A DNA stretch of 64,000 nucleotides, from NCBI GenBank assembly GCA_965240325.2, contig OZ251255.1:62001-126000 (forward strand). The letters are read 5' to 3'. The position numbers and the translations under genes are program-made. Shown piece after piece: positions 47,530 through 57,028 of the stretch. Numbering within the stretch: the stretch's first letter is position 1; each line of letters starts with the position of its first letter. A model generated the notes under the pieces. It was given only the letters and a program-made list of their open reading frames with translations, made no database searches and had not been told where the DNA came from. This DNA is from Rebecca billardiae RCC1528. Its lineage: Eukaryota > Protista > Haptophyta.

Positions 47530-50164
47530 CACAGTGCCGGAAAACTGCTCAGGGTGACGTTTTAAGTTGTCCGCACCACTAGTCGAATCATCGGACAATT
47601 CTGAAGCGGTGCGCCTAAATTCGGCGCACCATAGGCGCGTCGAATCGTGGCACAGACCTTGGTAGCAGGCCACACCTGAGCGCGCTGCGCGCGCCGACGC
47701 GCGCTCGGCGCGGGCAAAAAATCATGCGCCGTTGGCATTACGCAGCCCCGCGCAGCGCTGTGCTCGAGCTCGGCGGCGGCGAAAGCGGGCGGGCGCACAC
47801 GGCGGTGCCCGTGCGCGCTGCTCCGAGCGCAGCTGCGGCCACCCCGGCGGCATACCGCCGGTCGAGGGCACGAAAACCGATTTTTCGGGAAAATGCAGAG
47901 CAGCGGCGCCCGAGCGCGCCCGAGCTCGTCGCAGCACAGTCTCCTGGTGGCTGCGCCCCGTGAAGCCACGCCACGCGGGGCGCTGGCGTGCGCGTGGCCT
48001 GCGCCCACCGTGCGCTGCCCGATCATGGCCGTCGACCGCTCCGAGCGCCTCACCACGCGTGCTCGAGCCCACCGATACTGACGCCCGAGCACGGTGCCGG
48101 CAGCGCTCGCAGGTGGGCGTCGGAGAAAACACGCCGGCCGAACGAGCTTGAAGCGTCCGCCGCGATGCCAACGGCAGCGGACGACGTGCGCGCCACCTCG
48201 GCGCCAGTCGCCCAGCCCTTGCGCGGCGGTGCGGGCTCGCTCGTTCGCCGCCATCAGCTGCGCGCGCGCAGCCCGATCACTGCCCGCTGGTTCTGTTGTC
48301 GAGCAGCTGCGGCCTGCCACGCGCACTGCCGGACATTGAGCCACAGCGCGAGCACGCGCCTCGTCTGGCACGCGCGAGCACTCAGCATCGTGCGTGGCCA
48401 CCATGACGCGCCCATCTGCGCCAGCAGCGATGAGCACGCCGCCGTTCAGCTCGCATCGGGCTCGCTCGCGACGCAGCAACGCGCGGCCGTAGCGGCAGCA
48501 GCGGCGCCGTCGAGCACGCGCAGCAAACAAATATGCAGCGCGGGCGAGTCGACGGTCTGGAAAATGCGCGATCACGCCACAGCAGGCTGGCAGAGCCCGC
48601 CCGAGCTGCAGCATGCCGTAGGTGCTGCCCCAAGCTCTCGACTGCCCGTAAGCGGCGGCATGTGCGGCGGCGCCGGCGGCGGCCATGCTGCCACGCCGTT
48701 GCGCGCCGCGGGGCGCCGTCGGCACCTCCGTGGTGAAGCGCACAGAGCTCGAGCCCACGGGGGCTGGCGACCGTCAAACCGACACCCCATGACGCGGGGC
48801 TGCGTGCGCCAGCTGCGCGCACTCCGTGGGCCCACCTAGCCCGCTCGAGCAGCTCGTCTTGGGTGCGCGCAGCGGCTCGAGCACACTGGTATGGGACGCC
48901 TGCCTGCGGTGCCGCCGAGCACATGCGGCCGACGGTCACTCAGCACGGGCGACTCGACGGCGGCGAGCAGGCGCGACGGCCTCGCCGCGCCGCGGAAAAG
49001 CCTGCCCGGGCTGCAGCACGCCGTAGGAGCAGCCCAGCGCCCTCCTCCGCCCTCCAGCTTCGGCGCGCGCAGCAGGCCCGGCGGCGGCCATGCTGGCGTG
49101 CCCAAGCATGAAGATGGGCGCGGCCGGCCGCGCCGTCGCAAAGCGCGCAGAACTCGAGCTCGGGGGGGCGGACGGCCGCCAAACTGGCACGGCAGGACGT
49201 GGCACTGCGTGCGCCAGCTGCGCGCACCCGCTGCGCCCGCGTGGCCCGTGCGAGCGCCGCGCCTCGAGCACACGCAGCTGCTCGACACAGCCACGGCAGT
49301 GTGGCTTGTGCGCGTGCACGTGATCAGTCTCAGCTCTGAGGCGCGCGCCCAGGAGGGCTGCGGCCGGGCCGAGCGCGATCTGCGCGGACGGTACAGCCTG
49401 GCGGCTCATGCCAGCCAGCCCAAAGCCCGCTCCGCCATCCGCGTCATGGCGCTCCAGCCTCTCGCGTGCTGCGCTGCAGCCGCGCTCGCGGCAAAGACGT
49501 CGCCCAGCCCGCCTTGCACGCGGCTGAGCAGTGGCAGCCAGGCGAAGCGTCGTCGCGGGCGAGGCTGCGCTGGGTGATGCGGCTCGGGTCGATGGGCAAG
49601 TCGCACCCCGCCGTCGGTCGCCTCCACGCCTCAGGCTCGCTCGAGGTCAAAGACAACTGCGCGGCGCGGCGTTTGCGCGGGCGGGCCGCGGGCGTGGCGG
49701 GGTGTACGCGTGCAATGTCACAGCCTCCCACACAATTTCAGGAGGGTGAGACGCACCGCCAGCGGCACCCGCACACAATCCCACCCTGCGCGAGCCACCT
49801 GCCGTGTCGACTGAAGCATCAGGCTCGGGCGCAACCGCGGGCGGCGCATGCAAGAAGCTCGCGAAACGCACCGCGCGCGCCGTGAGGGCGAAAGGAGAGC
49901 ACCCGTCAGGGCGGCGAGGAACTTGCCCAGCGCCACGCGGAAGACGACCCCAGCCCGCGTCGACGCATAGTCGGGCCCGCGAGCAGCCTCGTCGGTCTTC
50001 GCCGAGTAGATCGCGCCGCGAGCCGAGGCACCGCTCGTTTGAGGCTCCGTCCGCCGCGAAGTCGCGGCTTCCACCCGAGTTCCACTGTCCGGCCGAGACC
50101 GGATTCGCTGACTCGAGCTGCGGACCGTCCGAAGCGTCACGGAAAATTCCAATCCTGCACTGTG
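47530..50164. mobile_element. Non-autonomous TIR element with CACAGTG termini (CMC/Transib-like ends), 2,635 bp, possible 2-bp TSD (CT)
   Basis: Left end CACAGTGC.GGA(N12)GTGACG(N9)GTCCGCA matches the reverse complement of 50119-50164 block for block; CT on both flanks; no transposase ORF. Confidence 0.7.
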
Positions 50165-52148
50165 CTACTGATGGCGCGCATATCGCCGCATGCTGCACGC
50201 ATCATATGGGTCGATCGACGCGATTTCTTTATTGGCTTCGGCGGCACGGGAGGGCTGGTAGCGCCGATGGGCGCCCATGGCGCCCGCCGGCGCCCCAGTG
50301 GTCGTCCGCCCCAGTGGCGCCGTCCACTGTGAGCGCGTCTACATCAGGCAATCGCGGGCAATACGGAGCTGTCACGTTAAGCAGAAACTGGGGCTTGCTA
50401 TCTGCGGATCTGGCCTAGAAACTGAGGCTAGCGATTGGCTGGTTCGCTATACGCATAGTCACACTAAGAAACCGGGACTACGCGTCGTCCCGGCCGGACG
50501 AGTGGTCCGCCGAGGGGCCGCGGAGGCGCAGTCGGCCCCCTGTCGGGGACGACGCGGCGCGCGGCCCGACTACGAGTACAGGCCAAGTCCCGACTTCTCC
50601 TGATGACTGACTCCTGGCCAGTGCACCGCAGCATCCATGCAACATCATGCCAGATTTGCTCCAAATAAAAATAAGGCCCAAAATATATATTTCGTCGGCC
50701 TCGCCGGCCGGGCCTAAAGACTCAGCGGCGGCGGAGGCTCTGCCCCTCCGTGCGGCCCGCCCCGCGCCTGCGCGGCGGGCGGACCTAGCTAAGACGAAAC
50801 TGAGACTCCGCGTAGGCGCTCGGGCTACCGAACGGCCAAGAAACCGAGGCTAGCCGTGAGATCTCTGACTTCTTATTGCCCGCGATTGCCTGTAGTGACC
50901 GTCGACTGAGTCGGCGCACTCCTGGCCGCCACGAGCACGCCCGCACCGACTGCCTCGTCGCATCATTCGAACCAGTGGGCCGCGCAAACATGCGCGTGGG
51001 TAGGCATGAGTGAGGTGAGCGCGCTCGAACGCTCGCTTGCCTGGAGGGGAGCTCCGTATCGATGAGTCTCGCACGCGTTTGCCTCGCGTCGAGCCCATCT
51101 GGGAGCAGTCACTGCACGCGCAGACACGCGTTGCGAAAGGCGGATGATCAGCCGGCCACGCGTGCAGAGCAAAGCAGATGACTGCCCGTGCGTCCAACCG
51201 CATCAGACTGGTATCCGCCGCTGCGTAGCATGCGAGCCGTACCCAGGCGCGATTGCACAGCCAGCAGACGCCGCGCCCAACGCCTTCAAACAGCGTACGC
51301 ACCGCCTGTTGTCATCCTCGTGGATTGCTCGGAGCCGACGATCGCAGCACGCGGATAGCAAACAAGCTCTGGCCGACGTTTGAAGCCCGTAACGATGCCG
51401 AGCTGCGCTGTGTGTGTGTAGTACGGGTCGATCGCGTGCGCGCCACAGCCACGGCACGCACCCCAACTCCACTGTGGGCCCATGATGCGTGCGTACCAAC
51501 CAGCAGTCAAAAACACACCGCCGAGCACCGTCGACGTGTCAACCGTGCACACACTCAAGGCGAGTGCGAGCACAGCCGGGTGCAGGTGGCTGGCCGTGGC
51601 AGCTGGGGAGAGCGCTGCGTCATGCTAGCCGCCGCTCGCCTCGATGGCCTCGCAGAGGAGCAGCAGCTTCAAATTTTCAAGCTCACCTGCGCGGAGAGCA
51701 CGTGATGCGTGTAGCGCGCGCAGGTGGGGCGTCATGCGGTTAGGTCTTCCAGTTCCTGTCACAACATCATCTGAACCATCTCAAACTGCCAAACCTAACC
51801 GCATGACGCCTTTTCTCGTCCCGCAACGTGGCGCGCAAGCATGCGCAAGAAGGCAACATCCAAATGCAATCGCTGCGTGTGCGCGAGGCAGACGCGGAGA
51901 GGGGCGTGGCGGCGCGCGAGATGGCGCACCTGGGTGTCATCGTCACCGCCGACCAGCGCCAGGGGCCGCGCGCCCTTCGCCCGCGTCGCACGACCGCGGC
52001 AGCGCGAGCCCCCGCGAACGCAACTTTCGCGCGCTTTCACGATGGCCGCTCGTTGACGAGATCGGCGCACCGTGCGCCGAAGCCAAAAAAATCGACCCAT
52101 ACCACGTCGTTAATATATTAGCGCGCAGCGCGCGTAGCGCATCAGTAG
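50165..52148. mobile_element. Older element with degenerate inverted ends (boundaries uncertain)
   Basis: CTACTGATG, TATGGGTCGAT, TTGGCTTCGGCG(G)CACGG and GGT(A)GCGCCGAT at 50165-50270 recur inverted, in the same order, at 52061-52148. Confidence 0.5.
50345..50892. mobile_element. 548-bp MITE with perfect 19-bp TIRs, nested in the preceding element
   Basis: CAGGCAATCGCGGGCAATA (50345-50363) and TATTGCCCGCGATTGCCTG (50874-50892); TA on the right flank; five internal GAAACYGRGRCT motifs. Confidence 0.75.
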
Positions 52149-52150
52149 TA

Positions 52151-52932
52151 CAGGGTCTCCAACATTAAACTGGACACTTTGGGCAGCAGCTCAGCGTACG
52201 GCCTGTGGCTGCCTCGCGCGGGGTCAGGAGCGGCCAGCTCGGCTCGTGTGCACCCCACTAGGTCTGTCTGCGACCGCGCATAGCCGGGCAGCCCGCGTGG
52301 AGCACCCCTCTGGGTCATGCGGACAGTCGGCACAAGGCTGGTCGTGAGGGCCGTGAAGCAGCCGTGTGGCTTCTGCGCATGTCTGTAGCCAGCAAGCCCG
52401 CTCAAGGCCGCGCAGATATTATTACGTGGCATGGTCGATGACTATGCGGCATGCGCTCGACAGCCCTGGGCAAGCCCGGACGTAGCGCTACACCAGGAGT
52501 ATATACGGCTCGATCGGACCAGCCTACCAGTTGCGCACCTCGCTTGCACAGCTGCTGCACAGCCCATCGATCGGCTCTGGCCGTGCAGGCAAGGGCTACA
52601 GTCGGCGCCACTACCCGCAGCGAACGCTGGAGACCCACCAGTGCGCGCACCAACCCGCCCGCCGCCAAATGCAACCGTGCGCCAGATACGAATTTTAGCA
52701 GGCATGCCACCCGCGGGGGCTCCGTGGACCTGTTCAGAGCCAACCGCTAGTCGGTTGAGCTGTACACCCAAGCCAGCCCTGGCCACACGCTGAGCGCGCC
52801 GCTCGCTGCACCCACACCCTGTCGTCATCCGAGGAGTAAGGTCCATGGCGCTCATGCGAGCCTCTGGCCCATCTCATCGTTAGCAGCCGTAGTCAGCAAA
52901 AATCAGTGTCCGAACAATTGTTGGGGACCCTG
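52151..52932. mobile_element. 782-bp Tc1/mariner-like MITE, copy 1
   Basis: 28-bp bipartite TIR CAGGGTCYCCAACA-N7-GGACACT at both ends; TA immediately to the left. Confidence 0.85.
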
Positions 52933-53034
52933 TGTGCACACTCGCCTGCCGCATGTTGAGTGACTGTCAGCCAGGGAGCTGAAGACGACGGCTTCTCAGA
53001 GGCCGCGCGAGCTCGACGGCGGCGCGCGCGGGCA

Positions 53035-53711
53035 CGGTGGGCTGGCGCGGCCCCGGCGCGCGCCCATCCGGCCGCACGCCGCCGCGCCAGCCGCTCCTGC
53101 ACGCGGGCTGACCGAGGCGCCAGCCTCACCCAACCGCCGCTGCTTGCCGTGGAGCTGGTCGGGAGATGATGGGGTGGGTCGGCTGCTCCCAGAAGCTCTC
53201 CACGCGCGCCGCGCGCGCTGCATACGGGTGCGGCGGGTCGGCGCGGCCCCGCCGCGCGCCCATCCGGCCGCGCGCCGCCGCGCCAGCCGCTCCTGCACGC
53301 GGGCTGACTCAGGCGTCAGCCTCACCCAACCGTGAGCCGCCAGCTGCTTGCCGTGGAGCTGGTCGGGAGAGGATGGGGTGGGTCGGCTGCTCCCAGAAGC
53401 TCCCCACGCGCGCCGCGCGCGCTGCATGCGGGTGCGGCGGGTCGGCGCGGCCCCGCCGCGCGCTCATCCGGCCGCGCGCCGCCGCGCCAGCCGCTCCTGC
53501 ACGCGGGCTGACTCAGGCGTCAGCCTCACCCAACCGTGAGCCGCCAGCTGCTTGCCGTGGAGCTGGTCGGGAGATGATGGGGTGGGTCGGCTGCTCCCAG
53601 AAGCTCTCCACGCGCGCCGCGCGCGCTGCATACGGGTGCGGCGGGTCGGCGCGGCCCCGCCGCGCGCCCATCCGGCCGCGCGCCGCCGCGCCAGCCGCTC
53701 CTGCACGCGGG
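53035..53711. repeat. 204-bp tandem repeat (~3.3 copies) between the two MITE copies
   Basis: GCCGTGGAGCTGGTCGGGAGA at 53146, 53350 and 53554. Confidence 0.93.
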
Positions 53712-54148
53712 CATGGCTGCCGAAGATCCGCACGGAATCGGCCGGGCATCAGACAGCAGTACCCGAATAACGGTTCGAATCGCTCAGTAACGTCGAAAGC
53801 AATGCCTGCCGGCCGCGGCGCGCCGGCGCGCAGGTCAGCACGGCGGGCACGCGCTGGTACGGACCACTGTGGTGCTCCTGCGAGCAGCTGCTGACGCGTT
53901 GGCGCGATGAGACCAGCGTCCTCGCAAACACGTGACCAGGTGGCCCAGTGCCACTGCCCTGCCTCCACACGCTAGTCGAGGGAGTGACGCGTGCCGAATG
54001 TGTCTCGCCGGATGACCACCAAGGCGGCTGTCAATAAATATGAGGTGGGTCTCGTCGACAACCCGAACTGCTGGGTGTCTATTTGAAATATACTCCGCAG
54101 ATTCTGCCAGTGGCAGCTACGGAGCTACGCTCGTCGCCGAGATACCTT

Positions 54149-54930
54149 CAGGGTCTCCAACATTAAACTGGACACTTTGGGCAGCAGCTCAGCGTACGGC
54201 CTGTGGCTGCCTCGCGCGGGGTCAGGAGCGGCCAGCTCGGCTCGTGTGCACCCCACTAGGTCTGTCTGCGACCGCGCATAGCCGGGCAGCCCGCGTGGAG
54301 CACCCCTCTGGGTCATGCGGACAGTCGGCACAAGGCTGGTCGTGAGGGCCGTGAAGCAGCCGTGTGGCTTCTGCGCATGTCTGTAGCCAGCAAGCCCGCT
54401 CAAGGCCGCGCAGATATTATTACGTGGCATGGTCGATGACTATGCGGCATGCGCTCGACAGCCCTGGGCAAGCCCGGACGTAGCGCTACACCAGGAGTAT
54501 ATACGGCTCGATCGGACCAGCCTACCAGTTGCGCACCTCGCTTGCACAGCTGCTGCACAGCCCATCGATCGGCTCTGGCCGTGCAGGCAAGGGCTACAGT
54601 CGGCGCCACTACCCGCAGCGAACGCTGGAGACCCACCAGTGCGCGCACCAACCCGCCCGCCGCCAAATGCAACCGTGCGCCAGATACGAATTTTAGCAGG
54701 CATGCCACCCGCGGGGGCTCCGTGGACCTGTTCAGAGCCAACCGCTAGTCGGTTGAGCTGTACACCCAAGCCAGCCCTGGCCACACGCTGAGCGCGCCGC
54801 TCGCTGCACCCACACCCTGTCGTCATCCGAGGAGTAAGGTCCATGGCGCTCATGCGAGCCTCTGGCCCATCTCATCGTTAGCAGCCGTAGTCAGCAAAAA
54901 TCAGTGTCCGAACAATTGTTGGGGACCCTG
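54149..54930. mobile_element. 782-bp Tc1/mariner-like MITE, copy 2 (direct orientation, apparently identical to copy 1)
   Basis: Offset of 1,998 bp from copy 1; the ORF track gives identical translations; TA immediately to the right. Confidence 0.85.
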
Positions 54931-57028
54931 TATATCGTCCGCCGCCGACTACTGCGGCTGCTGCGCTATGCTAGCCTGCTGACGTGGTCCACGTGGCGGC
55001 GGTACTGAGTACTGACGACGACCGCCGGCGGTATACGTACTATATTACGACGACTACGACTATAGCGTCGATCGCCCCTGGCGTCGTCCGGGACCGGAGT
55101 CAGGCCGCCGGCGCTTCTAATCCCGGTCCCGGCGGCCCATGACGTGCTGGTGACCGCTCAGCCGGGTCATCACTTTGTCGTCATCACTCACAGTCTCGCC
55201 ATCGGACCCCGGACCGCGCGGACCGCGTAACTCGATCTGCTCTGCCGGCCCGCAGCCCCGGGCCTGGCCCGGGTGGCACTCTGCAGCATCATGCGTATCT
55301 AGCGCCGAATCACGGGCGCCGCAGGGCGGACCGCCACCCGTGGTGATCGGTGACGGATGGCGCCGCGGACTCCACCGCGCCGCCATCATCATATATATAG
55401 TAGTTTCGTCCACCATATAAGTCGCTGAGTCCGGGCCCGGTGCTCGGGCGCGCAGCTAATCAGTAGCAGAGTACCGGGCGGTACCGCGGTTGGCGGCATC
55501 ATCCGTTGGCGGCATCATCCGATCTGCGCGGCGGCCCCTCACCACGGCGGGCCCGCGATGGCCGAGTCGGGCGGTCCCGGATCGGATACGCCACCGGCCA
55601 GCGGTCGTGACTGGCGTGGCCGCTTGGTCCGCGCCGGCGCGGTGCCAGTGGCCCGTGTCAGATCCGCGCCGGCCGCGCGCTGCACGCCCACTCACCGGCA
55701 CTGCTCCGCCGACGATACGGGCACGCACGGAGTGTAGCCGGGCAGCTGGCACCGTGCCGCCGCTCCGCGGCCGCAGATGCGGCTGCATCGCTATCGGGAG
55801 TGCGTGCCTGATCCGCGCCGTGCTACTTAGTCACAGCCCTGATAGCAGCAGCAGGCGCCACTAGTCGAATTATTCGGTACTTACTCGATCGCGGTCCGAC
55901 GAAGATGGATGATGAGCACGCCAGTACCAGGTATTTGCCGTGGCCGAGCCATATAGTTCGTGCGCGTGCAGTCCGCGAGTCCCGTGCCTCAGTTGGGGCC
56001 GGCGGTGAAGATGACGATGATGCGCGTCGTTCATCCGCGGGCTCACTGCGACCGCGAGTCGCCCGGCGCCAGCTGACCGAGACGGTCAGACGAATTCTCG
56101 CGGTCCCTAACGATCCAGCGGGATGGTCCGTCATCCGTGAGACCATGCAGACAGTGAACGCCCGCTCTGGATATACGCCGAGGTATTACCGCCGACGCAT
56201 GGCAGTCTTCAGACGACAACTGGACAGACGCCTGGCCAGCTCAGCCGAGTCACACCTGCCCCTGGGTAGCACAGACCCCGGCATTCGGCGGCGCGTCGCC
56301 CGTCACTCGTCAGGCGTCTTGCAAGACGGCGCACGCGGGCCGCGGGCGGCGCACGGCCGGCTATTTTGTCGGGAAGTTCATCAACCATGTCGTGCTGCGT
56401 GCAGGAGCACGTCTAGAGGCGTGCGGGCACTTGTGCTTGCATGTCGGCCATCGCCTCCGCAAGTCGTGAGCAGCCGGATGGCCTGTCGCATCACCGATCC
56501 CGCTAACCGAATCTGTTAGGTGTGCTCACGTTCGACTACAGAAATACTTATTGAGTGCCCAAAATAGATCCTTAATGATCGGTTCCGGGTGAATTCGCCG
56601 CGTGATCATTGGACGCCTTCGACTCACATTGATGACGTCTTGCGCGGTGAGCCTCTATGTTAAATTGCAGGCTCCATGATATGATCAAGCCTGATAATCA
56701 GCTTCTGGCCCGCGCGAGCAAACGCGAGTGCCCGATCAGGTTCGTCGGCCAGGCGATCACCCGTGATTGGTAGGACCAAGATCGCATCTCGGAAGATTCG
56801 CGCGCGAGTGACGCTTGGCTGGGCCGCTCACCCACTGACAAAATAATCCGCCCCCCTGCTAAAAAGGTTAGAAAGGTATCCACTGCCACCGCTGCCGCTG
56901 GGACGGGCGGGCGGCAAGCTCTGCTTCCAGCAGTCGAAGGCTGCGCGCTTGCAATGGCCTCGAGCCTTGCTGCGCCGCCATCCCCGTGGCCTGGCACCAG
57001 CCGGGCGGGTGACCTGTGCGCGCGCGAC

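Noticed and set aside
47530-47570. Bona fide RAG recombination signal sequence
   Set aside because: The heptamer is present, but there is no nonamer at 12 or 23 spacing, no 5-bp TSD and no RAG-like ORF.
51622-51740. F-box-like fragment (LDGLAEEQQLQIF...)
   Set aside because: Short, frameshifted and only weakly similar; cannot support a pseudogene call without a search.
53035-53711. CRISPR-like array
   Set aside because: Whole units repeat with no unique spacers; eukaryotic context; no cas genes.
52151-54930. LTR retrotransposon, TRIM or retrozyme interpretation
   Set aside because: The repeats end CA..TG rather than TG..CA, carry their own 28-bp TIRs and outer TA flanks, and I see no PBS, PPT, hammerhead core or 4-6-bp TSD. 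The inner TG..CA segment (52919-54162) has no TSD either.
55855-55880. CACTAGTCGAAT motif shared with 47577
   Set aside because: The match is too short and I found no partner terminus.
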